Positions 46,315 to 60,140 of a DNA stretch of 64,000 nucleotides are shown here, piece by piece. Each line of letters begins with the position of its first letter. Position 1 is the first letter of the stretch. Under the pieces are notes generated by a model that did no database searches, had not been told where the DNA came from, and worked only from the letters and a program-made list of their open reading frames with translations. The DNA comes from Octopus vulgaris (lineage: Eukaryota). Location of the stretch: the NCBI GenBank assembly GCA_951406725.2, contig OX597814.1:95418001-95482000 (forward strand), in the 5' to 3' direction. Position numbers and translations under genes: made by a program.

Positions 46315-47175
46315 CATCTTGTTTGTTGTCCTCATCTTGTGCAGATCTCGGTGGGAGTAGTAAACACAACGTTTCGGCTGATATACCCTCCAGCCTTCAT
46401 CAGGTTCTCATTCCTAAGGTGTTATTATTATTATTAAGGTTACTGCCTGGAATCGAACTCGGAATCTTGGGGGTGTGCTTCTTTCAGTTTTCGTATTTTC
46501 TAGGGGTGTTCTCTGTCTGTCATTTTAACTTCGTCCCACAGGGAGAGATGGTCTCCATTTTTCCATACATGATCAACTATACCCGATTTATCAATATCTC
46601 CCTGTGTCACAGCTTTGCGATGTTCCTCTACCCTTATTTTGAGGGGACGGCATGTTTCGCCTTTGTATAACTTACCACAGCTGCATGGGATGGAGTGAGT
46701 ACACGCAGTTCTTGGTCATATTCTCTTCTATTGGTGGTTTTACTCGAAGGAAATGTTTGCGAAGTGTTGTATTACTTTTGAATATTGTCCTGGTGTCATA
46801 TGGACCGCATATCTTTTGTATCTTTTCGGAGAGGCCTTTCACATAGGGTAGACAGACTGTGGACAGTTTATCGGTTTCATCCTCTCTTTTCTTCATAATT
46901 GGAGTGGATAGTATGTTTTGGGGTAGTTGTTGCTTAATAGATTGTTACTGAGCTTGATCATTTCTTCGTGGTGTGTATCACGATCGCTACTTATATTCAT
47001 TGCTCGATGTTTTAGGCACTGAGCAATCCCCCTCTTTACACTGTATGGATGGTGGGAGTTGAAATTGAGGTATCGTCTAGTGAAGGTCGGCTTGCGGTAT
47101 ACGGATGTCCTGGTGCGTGTTATTAATACGTCCAGGAATGCTAGCTGATTATCTTTTTCTTTTTCAATTGATCTA
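46315..47175 (-). mobile_element. Penelope-like element fragment (RT C-terminus + GIY-YIG endonuclease) followed by a tRNA-like piece and a hammerhead motif
   Basis: EKEKDNQLAFLDVLI, VYRKPT...YLNFNSHHP, LPYVKGLSEKI, NCVYS..PCSCGKLYKGETCRPLKIRVEEH. Downstream CTGATGAAGGCTG...CAGCCGAAACGTT at ~46403-46368. Confidence 0.9.
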
Positions 47176-47817
47176 ACAGCACTTGGACATCTTCTTTGTG
47201 GGGCCAGAGTATGAAGGTGCCTGTAGTAGAAAGTATTATTATTATTATTATTATTATTATCATCGAGTGAGAGAGCAGTGCATGCCATCAAAGTGACACT
47301 GGAGTAAAATATATGAAGCCCAGTATACCTATCATGACTACCCGTCTGGTAAAGGCACACCAGGCACATCCATCATAACCATATGTGTGCGACATGGTGA
47401 TCTTATATCAAGATTAACAGTGCATAACATTGCAGGTGGAGTCCAGTTAAAATTTTCTTCAGGTCGAGTATCCCATCCTGCTCAAAAGGTCCCTGAATAA
47501 GGATTGTTTAAAGATGTTGAACGAAAACCCATGTTTCCAGAGGTGAATTATCCAAACCCCAGAGAATTTCTTTCAACACATTGCTATAATGCTCCTCAAC
47601 ACTTCTGCTTGCGATCAGAGATGCACATATCATCAGCCACTAAGGGACATGCTCAAATAACTGACAGGCAAATCTGTGGTTTTGAGCAGAATATTTGTTG
47701 TAGCCCATCTTTTATACCAAGACAAAACAATGTACATGATAACACTTCCAATCAGTTAAGATGAGAAGCCATGAAAGTCTGGTACTGCATCAGGGCTATT
47801 ATAATTATTATTATTAA

Positions 47818-49220
47818 GTTGGCAAGCTGGCAATCTTCTTAACACACTGGATGCTTAGCAGCATTTCTTCTGGCTTTACATTCTGAGTTCAAGTTCTACT
47901 AATGTCAGCTTTGCTTTCATCCCTTTGGTGTTGATAAAATAAGTACCGGTTGAGCAATGGGTTGATGTAATCAACTAGTCCCTCCTACCCCACAGTTACA
48001 GGCCTGGTGCCTATAATAGAAAGGATTTTTATTATTACAGCAGCCAGCTAGCAGAATTGTTAGTATACCAGACAAAACGCTTGGCAGCATTTCTTTCCAC
48101 TTTTACATCACGAGTCCAAATTCCCCTGTGGTCAACTTTGCAATTCATCTTTTGGGGTCAATTAAATAAGTACGAGTCAAGTACTGGGGAGCATGGTCCA
48201 ATGTAATTGATTAATCCCCTCCCCCTGAAATTGCTGACCTTGTGCCAAAATTAAAAAGAATTTTTATTATATAGATATGTGTCAGTAATAATAGTAATTT
48301 GTAACAACAGCAGTGGAGGTGCATGGCTTAGTGGTTAGGGCATTGGACTCACGATTGTAAGATTGTGGTTTCAATTCCTGAACCAGAGATGCATTGTGCT
48401 CTTGAGCAAAAACATTTCACTTCACATTGCTCTGTCCACTCAGCTGTACCACTAGTGGAGGTGTGTTGCTTAGTGGTTAGGGTGTTGGATTCACAAGTGT
48501 AAGGTTGTGGTTTCAATCCCTGGACCGGGCAATCCGTTGTTCTTGAGCAAAACATTTCACTTCACGTTGCTCCAGTCCTCTCAGCTATAGAAATGAGTTT
48601 AACCTGGAGAGGGGTGGGCTCCACCGGGCTTTCTCACACTAGATATGCTGTATGGCTGTGTAACCCTAAGAGGTAGAGGACTTATCAATTGTCAACGGCA
48701 GCAATGATAATGATAGTTTCTGACTTAGACAGAAACTATCAGAAAGGAGTATAGTCAATTACATCCATCCCAGTACTCAACTGATACTTATTTCATTGAT
48801 GAAAGGCAAAGTCAATCTCAATGGAATTTGAACTCAGAATGTAGAGATGGACAAAATACTGCTACGCATATCGCCTGGCATGCTAATGATCCTGCCAGCT
48901 TGCCACCTTAATAAAAATAACAATAATCCTTTCTATTATAGGCACAAGGCCTGAAGTTTTGGGGGAGGAGACTAGTCAATTACCTTGACCCCAGAATTTC
49001 ACTTGTACCTAATTTATCGGCCCCAAAAGGATAAAAGTTGACCTCGGCAGAATTTGAACTCAGAATGTAGTGATGGGTGAAATACTGCTAAGCATTTTCT
49101 CCTGGCGTGCTAACAATTCTGCCAGCTCACCGCCTTCACTGTTAATAGTAGTGATGATGATAAGACTTTCCAATATAGGCACAAGGCATGAATTTGGGGT
49201 TGAGAACTAATCAATTACAT
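47818..49220. mobile_element. Cluster of SINEs in both orientations (core GCCTTTCATCC...GGGGTCGATAAAATAAGTAC family plus tRNA-headed copies at 48316-48600)
   Basis: Repeated ~200-bp units at ~47818-48030(+), 48040-48260(+), 48715-48910(-) and 48925-49135(-). More at 50520-50720(-) and 51015-51205(-). Confidence 0.75.
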
Positions 49221-51977
49221 CAATGACGACCCCTTTTGTGAAACTTGAAAAATTTGAGTTTTGCCAAACAGGAGAATGCCTGTTTTCAACTTTTCATCCT
49301 CATCTACCAAGCAATTTCTTTTGCCAAAGTCACCAGACAAAGACAGCCTGTCTATTCCAGGTAAAGGAGGGTTGGGAGATATTCTTCAAAATGGACTCAG
49401 CAAATAACTGGATCTGCCCCACACATGACTGCAAGTACATGATGAGGAGAATTTTGACATGAATTTATGCCTCATTCAACAGTTAAATTAGGTCCAGGAT
49501 CTTTCCTAGGTTTTCTGATTTCACCTATAATAGAACCTTCAAATCTATTTTGGACCTATATTTTTTAACATCCAGTAAAATGTGACTTCCCTCTAGGATG
49601 ACCCACCAGATATCTGGCTCTGGTGGTATGCCAGATATTTTCACCTTTGTTGATTGTCTTCCCAAATAAGTGGGAAAGGGGATAAATTCCTCACTCTTAG
49701 AGGAGACAACACAATGTTTAATTGCAAGGGCTTCATTGAGGGATATCACTTTAACATCCCTGGTAATGAGGTTTACATCCATTCATATTTCATACCTGCA
49801 TCCTTCCACTTAGGCATGTATGGCCATTTCCGCATGCCAATTTCTCAGTGATGCACACTTAAATTATCATGCATCTGGAGTTGCTTCCAGATATTTTCCA
49901 GGCTTTTTGTTTGTATATTTTTACAAGATGTTTTGTGATTTTTAAATTGGTGTGTTTGTCTACCATAGAAATCTGTATATTATTTGATGCCACTTTTTGT
50001 ATAGAATTTAGTTTTTGTGGTATTGCTTTCAGTGGTGTCATTGGTGGTGATGGTGGCAGGGGAAATATTGAAGATAGCAGCAATGGTGGGGATAGTGCTT
50101 TGTTAGTTTTTGTTTGTTTCTTTTATAATTGCTGTCACTGCTAACGACAGTGGTAGTGGTGGTGGGGTGATAATGGTGCTTTTATTGTCATGATACACTG
50201 CTTTGCTTACTGTTTTACTATTGTTGTTGTTAACCAATGCTGCAAGGGTGTTGGCAATATATGACAGTTTGCTGTTCTCATTATTTGGCATGTTATTGTT
50301 GTTTCTGTACATGTAATATTTTAGATTTTGTACTTTGGAGAGGAGAGAATCTTCATTTATCTTCCTTTTGAAACTCATTTGCTTTTTCTCTCTTACCTTT
50401 CCTCTCTAGCTGGTTGGTTGGTTGTTTGTTGAAAGCAAGAATTCCACAATTTTGAAAGTTTGCTAACCTGCTCACTGGGCTCTTGGTTAACTTAACAATA
50501 GATATTTAACAGATATTAGTTTCAAAATTTGGCATAAGGCCAGCAATTTAAGGGAAGGCAGTAAGTCAATTACACTGACCTCAGTACTCAACTGGTACTT
50601 ATTTTATCGACCCCAAAAGGATGTCAACCACAGCAGAATTTGAACTCAGGATGTAAAGATGGATATAATTCCTCTAAGTATTTTGCCTGGTGTGTTAACG
50701 ATTCAGTTCACCACCTTTAGGTATAAAACAGATATTAACAAGGAAATTGTATATAGATATATGATTATAGTAAAACTTATGGAGTACATATTGTTGTACA
50801 ATAATAATTATCAGTGGCATATGGTGGTTGTTGTACTGGGTGCACTACCACACCCAATGCCACCAAATTTCAAGCAGGAGTAAACAAAAGTTTTCATTAA
50901 GATTTGTGATTAAATTTATAAGTAAGGTTAATATTTATAATGAATTTGCCATTTCGACAGGTGTTCTGCATGCATCTAGCACACCTAGAATATACACTCC
51001 TGATAATTATAGTAATGGTTTCTGATTTAGGCACAAAGGCAGCAATTTTGTGGGAAGAGGGTTAGATAATACCATCAACCCCAGTTCTTAGAATTGGCAG
51101 GTGAAAGCCAAAGTTGACATCGGTTTTGAACTCAGAATGTAACGAGTTGGAGCAAGTTCCACAAAGCATTTTTTCTACTGCTTTAACAATTCTACCAGCT
51201 TGCTGCCAATGATGACTACAGCAACAATGACGATGGTGACAGCAATGATGCTGATGGTGACAATGATGATTCTAAAGTACTCAATAATACAAGAAAAGTG
51301 AAATAAAACAAATAATGAGGTTGAAAAACTCAGGAAGGTTCATTATCTGAATTATTCTAAAAGTAGTTAGGGGAAATATTGTGACAATATTACCTGTGTG
51401 TAGAAGGTGGCACAGTGTTCTGGAAAGGAGGAACCAGGTATAGTGATTTGGTAGGAAGTGTTGGAGAGAGAATAAGGGAGATGAGTGGAGAAAAGAGTTG
51501 GATGAGAATGCCTTGGTGAAAGTAGAATGAGACCAGCCAACTCTAAGGAGCAGGGGCTATTATAGTAGCAGTAGAAAAGGCAGAGAGAAGAGACACCGTT
51601 CCTGCGAGTAGAGGCTGGAGTGTGTCTCTGAGTGACTTTATATCAATCATTTGGATGGCCTTTTGCTAGATGCAGTCTACAATGTCTGTATGCAGTGCCA
51701 TTACCACCCCAGAGATACAATATTTCATAAGAGCAATATTCCATAATTCGCCTTACTTGATCTTAGTTAAATAAAGGTTCTAATATTCAGACTTTTAAAG
51801 TGAAAATGACTTCAACTGGGGATTAAAACTAGATTGTATTATTTCTTACTGCGCTGACACTCTCTATTATTGTTAATTAAACAAGTTAATTAAGAATTAA
51901 AATTTTACAATGTTTTTCATACTTTAACTGTGCCACCGATCAATCAAATCTTGATAACTTGCACCTGCTCTGAGTGT

Positions 51978-52781
51978 TATGTGTGTTTGTGTAACTGACC
52001 TATTAACAGCGTAAGCATGGAACAAATACATTTTGGGCACAAAAGGTATCTTGTGTTCTTGCTGTCCATTGCTGAGGCTATTTTTCATCTGATGATATTT
52101 ACTGTGTTTTTAACACAGCATGTCTATAACAGATGCTATCTCAGGATATATGCTAGCATGGGTTGGAGAGTTTGACAGGAGCTGACAAGTTAGAGAGCTG
52201 CACCAGACTTCATTATCTGCTTTGATGTGGTTTCTACAGCTGGAATCTCTTCCTAACACCAACCACTTTACAGAGTTGACACTAGCACTGGTGCATTTTA
52301 CATGGCACTATTACCAGTGCAAGTAACATGCAAGACAAAGACATATCAGCTGGGAGAGGGAGTAGTACTGAAGAGAAGTGGCTTTGTACCAGTTAAGAGG
52401 TTAGAGTATAAAAGAGATAGAAATAGATATCTTACTATAGAGGAGATACTTGGCTACCCTAGAAGAAAAAGAGAGACAGTCAGAGAGAGAGAGAAAAATA
52501 GTGTTGGAAATGCATCAGGACATACCTACAGGGAGCAGTGGCAGGAATATAAGTGGTACAGAGAGAAGAAAGGGGAATGTTTCATAAGAGTGTGAGGGGA
52601 GATGTTTAGAGATGGGGAAGACATGACTGTAGCAAGTGATGGTGAGAGAAATTGGAATGGCTGGTGGGGGAGGGTATGGTAGATATGTGAGGGCATGGAG
52701 AGTGTGGATAGACCTTTTGTGCCCAAAATGTATTTGTTCCATGCTTACTCTGTTAATAGGTCAGTTACACAAACACACATA
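51978..52781. repeat. 70-bp near-perfect inverted repeat pair (51978-52047 / 52712-52781)
   Basis: TATGTGTGTTTGTGTAACTGACCTATTAACAG(C/A)GTAAGCATGGAACAAATACATTTTGGGCACAAAAGGT and its reverse complement, with one mismatch seen. Confidence 0.95.
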
Positions 52782-53632
52782 GGCCAGAGTGGTGATCATG
52801 AGTGGTACAATGAAGGGATACTGGGAAGATGGGTAGACAGAAGGAGCTAACAGTGTATATACATTGAGTATAATACATAGCTGGCTATTTTAATTTGATA
52901 CTGCCTCAGTTGTGCATACACAAATGTCTATATTTTAGAACAACCAGCTTAAGGATTTAGTATAAACTTTGGTATTATATTGAATTACAATTATTTGGCA
53001 TTTGACTAAGTAAACTAATATTTTGGGGATTAATTTGTGTCCTTGTTTGTTTAAAATAATGAGGTTTGATTTGAAGGAGACTTGATTATTTCTGACAGGT
53101 TGATCAACTATGTTGGGGTTCCTTCACTGGTTCATGAAGTTGGGTCTTGAGGAAACTGTTATAACTTTTGTTGTTGTTTAGCCCCTAATTAATTCTGATT
53201 AAACATACTTATCATAAAAGGATTTCCTATTGTGACCATACCACCTTTTTGCTCAACACATTATCCAGTGTATCCTTTTCTAAGACAGTAAGGTGTGATT
53301 TGAGGTAAGATTTGGCTGTTATTTCTTGCCAGCTGGATCTTGATGGCATCTGGTAAATGAAGATAATGATAATGGCTTGGTCACTGATTGAGATAATAAG
53401 AATGTTTGTGGTTCAATTATGATGACAATGATGTTTGGTAACATTGTAATGTTAGTAGAGGTAATGATTGTAAGAATAATTATGTTCGTGATGATGATGA
53501 TGATGGTTGTATTACCAGCAAGGAATAATCCTATTGATGATTCCATTATAACATAAAAGTGGGTATTGTTTCTCTGTCTGTAATAATGATCACGATAATA
53601 GTGATGATGATAATCATGTTTTTTTTTTATAG

Positions 53633-53680
53633 GTCAAGCAAGTATCAGTGTGAATAAATATTCTACTGACAAAGATGCTG
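53633..53680 (+). CDS. AIFM3: AIFM3-like gene, 48-nt coding exon (GQASISVNKYSTDKDA)
   Basis: Poly-T...ATAG acceptor, CTG/GTAAGT donor, open frame, phase 1-1 compatible with neighbouring exons. Confidence 0.7.
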
Positions 53681-53894
53681 GTAAGTGTTTTTGTTTTGAT
53701 TTTGTTTTTTGTTTTATTTTTTTTTTATGGTTTTAGATAGGATAAGAAGCTTGTGACCATTGCCTTCACAGATCCTCTGAGAGTGGTTACAGTGATATTG
53801 TTTTAATATATTTTATTTATCGCAAGTTTTCTGAAGAGATACAACAGCTATAACTAAAAAGACTTGTCAGTTCACTTCATTGTCCCCATGAACA

Positions 53895-54195
53895 AAATGG
53901 AAAAGGTGTTGTCCCGGTAGATGGCTAGAGAGATGCATTGGAACAACTACTCCGACTCGTGAGGCTCACATTTGCAGATAGCCAACTCTGCCCTGATAGC
54001 AGTGAGCAGAAATATAGTCTGAGGACCAAGAATGCCAGAGGTTTCCACTGCCAGAGGCTTGACATCAAATCTGTCACAGAGTGGCTGATACTTTGACATT
54101 TTGCCCTTCTTGGCTTGGTGAGCAGTGAAGCCTGGGCTGGCAGCTGAACACACCAGGTTGCCACTGGAGTTGTCACAGCATAGTTTGAACAACAG
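53895..54195 (-). mobile_element. CRE-like RLE domain fragment
   Basis: KMSKYQPLCDRFDVKPLAVETSGILGP...ESE*LFQCISLAI. Confidence 0.7.
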
Positions 54196-55197
54196 TTGTA
54201 AATCAACAATTGTAGTGGGGGAAAATGTTAGTGGAGAGGAAATCTGAGCAGTTTGATGTTATGGGGAAGAAGGATTGACTAAAGTGGTTAGCATGGGGGA
54301 CCTATGAAGAAAGACATGGAATGAATGATTAGAAGGGGTGGAAATGTTTACTCTGAGGAGCAAAGTCCACTGTTGTAGTAGCAATTGAAAAGTGGAGTGA
54401 AGAGCCTGCACGTCTAGTGAAGAGCCTGCACGTCTATGGGTTAGAGGTTGGACTGTGTCAGTAAGTGGATTGTTGCTAATGCCTTGACTAGCTTTTTTTT
54501 TTTTCAGTCCAGGATATTTGTGTGTGTGTGTGTGTGTGTGTGGCAGCAATACTGTCCCAGATGTTTGAGTCATATTCTGTTGTACGTCTTATTTGAACTT
54601 TGTGGAGAGTTTGATATTGATCAGATTTAGTGTTTTGCTTTTTATTTTTTGTTTTGTTTTGTATTTTTACTTTGAAGAAGTAGGCTAATAAGTCAGAAGC
54701 TTGTTACTTTGATTAACTCGGTGAATGCTTCATCGTGTACTTTTGAAGGAGGCAAGATTATCTATCCTATTCTATTGGTTTACATCTTTATTTTCCCACA
54801 GTGTATCCACTACTAATGTGAGAGATGTTATGGCACACTGGAGGGTAAATATAAGAGACAGAGTTATAGAGGGAAAAAGATCAAGAAAAAAGTGTTTAAT
54901 CTATAATCTGAGTGGGTAAAATACAATGAGAATGAGATAAAGAACTGAGCTTCAAATGGTTTTTAGATGTAGAGATGAATATGATTAACAATTTTCAGAA
55001 AAGCAGAAGCTTTTCTGTTGTGGTAGGGCTAGGATCTCTCAATTCTTAATTAGCTGACACAAATATGAATTTGTGGTTTTCTCGGAATGTGACTTTTATA
55101 CATATCTATGTACTTTTATGTTTCTTTATAGTCTAGAACCACACAACAAAGTATATCTAAAGTGTAAGATATAGCATTGGTTTCTAAGAAGATAATA

Positions 55198-57530
55198 ATA
55201 ATGAAATTATTGTATACTGTGCTCAGGTGCACCACAACTGGTCAAAAGTGCATATAAAGCATATGCATTAATGTACAAATATCTGGGAAGTGAACAGTGT
55301 ATGAGTCAGATACATGCTTGTGTGTATATGGAGGGGAGAAAATCAGGTATAGTGTTGGCAAATCTCAGGAAGCATTGAAGTTTTGAAGGATGCAGTGCTC
55401 CGACAACTAACAACTGATGCCGGCAGTTTGTTCCATACTTCAGCAACTCTTAGCATGAAAAAGTGTTTCCGAAAGTCATGGGAGCTGTGCTGTTTTCTGA
55501 CTTTGTAAACATGTCCACGGGTGTTAGACAGGTGGAGTTTGAAAAGGTGCTCAGAGTTATTGTTGGTAAGATGGTTAATAATTTTATGGGTGTCTGCCAA
55601 GTCAGCTGCCAGACGTCGGAGTTTCAATGTATCCATACCCAGGGAAGTAAGGGGTTCAGAATATGGCAAATGCCTGATGGAGGGTATTCTCTTGGTTGCA
55701 CGTCACTGAATGGTTTCCAGACGATTAATATCCTGGGCAAGATAGGGGTTCAAATAAAAGGGGGCCAAGAACAGATCCCTGTGGTACACCAGATGTCATC
55801 TCATAGGGTGAAGAGTGCTGTCCTAGAACTGTGACAACTTCTTTTCGGCGAATAATGCAAGGACTTCAACCAGTTATAGAGATCATCACTTACACCCATT
55901 GCAGATAGTTTCACCATAAGTCTTATGTGTGGCCCAGAATTAAAAGCCTTAGCAAAGTCCAGGTAAATGACATCCACCCAGGAGCTGCCATCAGTGATTC
56001 GGGTAATGTCCTCAAGAAACTCGATGAGTTGATTACAGCAGCTGGAGTTAGGAATAAATCCAAATTGTGACGGTTGGATGTGGCTGTGAGACTTCCAGAA
56101 GTTCCAGAGGGTTTCTCTGACACAGGATACCATCAGTTTGGCGATGCAGCTAGTAAGACTGACGGGGCGATAGTTGACAGTTTCCACTGCTCTGGAGTAA
56201 CACCATTGTCAAGACAGAATTGAAAAAAAAGTGAAAGTTGGTTTAGAAGAAAGTACCCACCGCGTTTGAGAAGTAGGTATGTAACACCATCGAGACCAGG
56301 AGAGACATAGTTATGTTTATTCTTAAGGTGTAGTTGTAGCATTGCTGGTGTAAATTTCATAGTAGTTACAGAGTCCGGTGTCAGAGGTGATGGAGATGGA
56401 ACATTTTGATTTTCGACAATAAAGATGCCTGCATAGCATCCAGCAATGATTTCTGCACATTCTTTCGGATTGTCAGTTATCTGGCCTGTGTGGGGATTGC
56501 GAAGGGGGCCAACTGGAGAGTGAGGTCTCTGTTTTGAATGTACATGCTTCCAGAACACTTTGCTGTCAGGGTTGGTTGCTATGCACTGCCCTTTTTGTCA
56601 CCTGCTTGAGATGGTTGGATATTCTATTGTGCTTTTTCCTGTTGATATCTGATTTGTGCATTTTGTAATCCTGTTCAGCATTACGGCGTTCTTTCCTGGC
56701 AAGTCGGACTACTGTAGTCTCCCAAATTGCACTATTGGGTGGTTTTTTGTGCTTGCGTGGTACTGATGCTGCACATGCCGTCCATATTGAATTCAGAATG
56801 TTCTGAAGTATAGTGTTCACATCTCCAGAGGCATAAAATTCGAGCCAGTTTGGGTGTCACAGCTCGGTACAATTAGAGTTCCAGTCTGCTTTATTCCAGT
56901 CGAAGCGGGCAGTTTGAAGATGGTGACAAGTCAGCTATGATCATGGAATGATCAGAGTTACCTAAAGGTTCTTCACTAGTGACACTAATAATTGTTTCAG
57001 GAGAAGCGGTAAATAGTAGATCCAAAGTGTTGTTACCCCTTGTGGGGGAAGTAACGACTTGGGACCAATTTGAATTCAGCACCAGTTCAAGGAAATCGTC
57101 TGCACTTTGCAGCCAACAGAAGGCCTCCCAGTCAATCTCAGGGAAATTGAAGTCCCCCGCAATATAAACATAAATGGCTGTTTTCATGGCAGCAACTCTG
57201 AGGATATCAAAAAGTTGTGTGTCTTGATGATAATTTGTGGGGTGGTAAACAACTCCAAATAGAAGTGTTGATATGGTCATGTGTATATTGCAGAAAAATA
57301 CTTCCTGTTGAGATTGGTTCAAATCATCACAAGGAATTGCCGATAGATTTGAACGAACGTAGACCATCACACCCCCACCATGGCAATTAATGCGATCTTT
57401 GCGGAACAAGTTGTAGCCGGCTATGCTGAAAACCCCATCACAGAGTGCAGAATGTGCCCATGTTTCCGTGACTGTGATGAAATCTGGGTCGATACTTTTG
57501 ACGTAAGACTCAAAAAGATGTACCTTGTTG
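55198..57530 (-). mobile_element. Degenerate CR1-group LINE, same family as 39419-42660, with internal deletions
   Basis: Colinear EN/RT peptides (56891..57592, 56566..56820, 56133..56558, 55801..56187, 55343..55669). The YADD region is deleted near 55755. The 3' end matches (GTGCTCAGGTGCAC). 25-bp tandem duplication at the 5' junction (57518-57566). Confidence 0.92.
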
Positions 57531-57698
57531 ATAAGATAACAAATGTACCTTGTTGATAAGATAACAGCTTCTTTCCACGGAAATGACAACACTATGTAAT
57601 AATTGAATGAGTGACTGTCTTATCTGTTGTATGTCTTTCTCTGTATATCTTTCTCAGGCTTTTCTTTCTGTCACCTATTGTATTTTATTTAGTTACAG

Positions 57699-57816
57699 GT
57701 TTGAGTTATAAACCTACAGAAGCTGTGAGTGAGGAGCCATCTTTGAACCCATCACCTTCAGAGCTCAGTGAAATGGAGGTGGTTGTTGGACCTGTTGAGG
57801 ATCTCCAGCTTGGACT
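57699..57816 (+). CDS. AIFM3: AIFM3-like gene, coding exon (GLSYKPTEAVSEEPSLNPSPSELSEMEVVVGPVEDLQLG)
   Basis: TTACAG acceptor, CT/GTAAGT donor, 118 nt, phase 1-2, in frame with the Rieske exon. Confidence 0.85.
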
Positions 57817-59309
57817 GTAAGTCATATGTAACATTTCCTAACCCTTTTGTTTTTATTTGTTTATTTTTGTTTTCTTTGTATTTTTAAAGGAAACCTCAAA
57901 CTTTTTATCTTTATTTTGGCAGCGTGTTGACTATATCAGTATATAATAGGAATGATTAATAGTCAAAAGTTTCTTTAGTATTTAATGTACAAAATTTTTA
58001 TTTTGTGACAATTTCATTTTTATGTTTCTAAAGCTATCTTTGCTATTTTGTTTTGAATATCTTCTGATATATATATCTTTTATTTGTTTCAGTCATCAGA
58101 CTGTGACCATGCTTGGGCACCGCCTTGAAGAATTTTAGTTAAATAAATCAACCTCAGTTTTTTTTTCTTTTTTTAATGCAGTACTTATTCTGTTGGTCTT
58201 TTTTGCCATATCGCTATGTTATAGGGGCATAAACCAACACCAGCTGCCAAGCAGTGATGGGACACACACACGCAGAAGACTGGAAATGACTATCACTTGT
58301 ATGATGATACTCATTTACAAGCATCATGTGACATCTAAATAAGGGTACACACACACACGCACACATACATATACACACACTTAGGTCCTTTCAGTTTCCA
58401 TCTACCAAATCTACTCACAAGGATTTAGTCAGCCTGGTGTTATAGTAAAATACGCTTGCCCAAGGTGCCGCTTAGTGGAACTGAACCCAAGACCACATGA
58501 TTCGTAAACAAGCTTATTAAGCACACAGTTGCTCACTTATCATAAATATCAGATCTTCTAGTACTCACATTTGTGATAGATTGTAATCTTATTAAGGAAA
58601 AAAAAATCTATCTTCTGTTTGCTGAAGTATTGACTCATACATTCCTAACAACTTTCGGAGCCTTTGTGATTTTTAAAATGATTAATTTTCAATTTATCTA
58701 AAGTTACAACAAAGTAGGTTACATAAAGATACAATAAAAACAATGGCATTTCTCTTGCACAGCTGGCTTTCTACAGTTTTGGATAGTTTAAAAGTAATAC
58801 AAAGGAAAAGATTAATGGTATAGATGGATAAAAAAATAATTGTTATGACAGATGTGCTGTGGCATAATGATACATGTCATCTATCACACCTGTTGTTATA
58901 CTGTTACTATGTGTGTTCTGTGGATGGAAGTAATGCTTTGTTGATGATGTTTAGTAGATGACGCATAAATGTATGTGTGTATGTATGCATGTATGTATAT
59001 ATGTATGGGGGTGGATGTTGACTTGGAAATTATAGATATTATCTTGTTAGTGTTTTTCTGGGTTTTTTTCCATTGGTAAATAACTGCCACAAAATATATA
59101 TTTGAAGTTGATTGTGTTGGTTGTCACTCAAAATCAAATGAGATAGGATTTGCTGCATAATATGGCATCTCTGTAGCTAAATAAATCTGTGCCAAAATTG
59201 AACAGATATTTTTAACATTTTTCAAAATTTTTTACTACAGCCACTTGATCTGAAAGTTTCCTGAAGTAGAATTTGTGGAGCTGATTTCATGCCTTGTTCA
59301 TTTTACAGA

Positions 59310-60140
59310 TATGATGTACACCGGGTACATCATATGGAGTTTCTACCCACGCTTTTTCTACAGATTGAGCAGAGCCATCTACCTGTAGAGGGTTGTGATT
59401 TGACAGCCTTCCTTCTTACTAAGACTTTGGGTTTGGCTAAGCTAAACCTAAGGCCCTTTGATTCTAGACCATGCTTCCACACCCTAAACTTTGTCCCCAG
59501 TTCTGGCAGTGACTCAGCTATTAGAGCAAGGTCATCAGCATAGAGGAGCTCCCAGGGGCAGCCTGTCTTGAATTCCTCTGTTATTGCCTGGAGGACTGTA
59601 ATGAATAAGAGGGGGCTGAGGACAGATCCTTGGTGAATTCCTACTTCTACTCAGAATTCTTCACTATACTCATTGCCAACCCTCACCTTACTGATAGCGT
59701 CCCTGTACAGAGCTTGTACAGCTCTTACCAGCCACTCATCTATTCCCAGTTTCCGCATTGACCTCTAGATAAGGGACTGGAGGACCTTGTCAAAGGCTTT
59801 CTCCAAGTCAACAAAAGCCAAGTACAAAGGTTAATCTTTGGCTAGGTATTTCTCCTGCAGTTGCCTTACCAGAAATATAGCATCACTGGTGCTTCTGCCT
59901 GGCACAAAACTGAACTGAATCTCATCTTAGCAGACTCTCTCACCAATTAGTTGGGCTATGACCCTCTCTGTAACTTTCATCACCTGATCCAATAATTTGA
60001 TACCCCTGTAGTTATTTCTATCTAAAGCATCACTTTTCCCCTTGTAGCAGTTGACTATGGTGCTGCTACACCAGTCATTGGATATGGCTCCATGAACTAC
60101 CTGATTTACGATGCGGGTGACAAGACCATAACCCACACCT
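59310..60140 (-). mobile_element. RTE LINE RT fragment ending in a PHD-type finger
   Basis: NYRGIKLL, FVDLEKAFDKV, GIHQGSVLSPLLF, LLYADDL, then GRWLCSICRKSVGRNSI*CTRC. Several stops. Confidence 0.92.

Noticed and set aside
47262-47800. Distinct segment bounded by (TAT)n runs
   Set aside because: Probably a retroelement UTR fragment, but I could not assign it from sequence alone.
49222-50480. Minus-strand ORF pieces (MSFKRKINED..., STKVKISGIPPE) suggestive of a LINE ORF1
   Set aside because: Too degenerate to assign a family without a database search.
55132-55163. Candidate extra AIFM3 micro-exon (TTTATAG...GT/GTAAGA)
   Set aside because: In the required phase it reads GTC TAG (stop); unsupported without transcripts.
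58086-58103. CTGATGA-CT-GAAAC on the minus strand resembling a hammerhead core
   Set aside because: No room for stem II. It is the SINE 3' stem-loop, and sibling copies lack CTGATGA.
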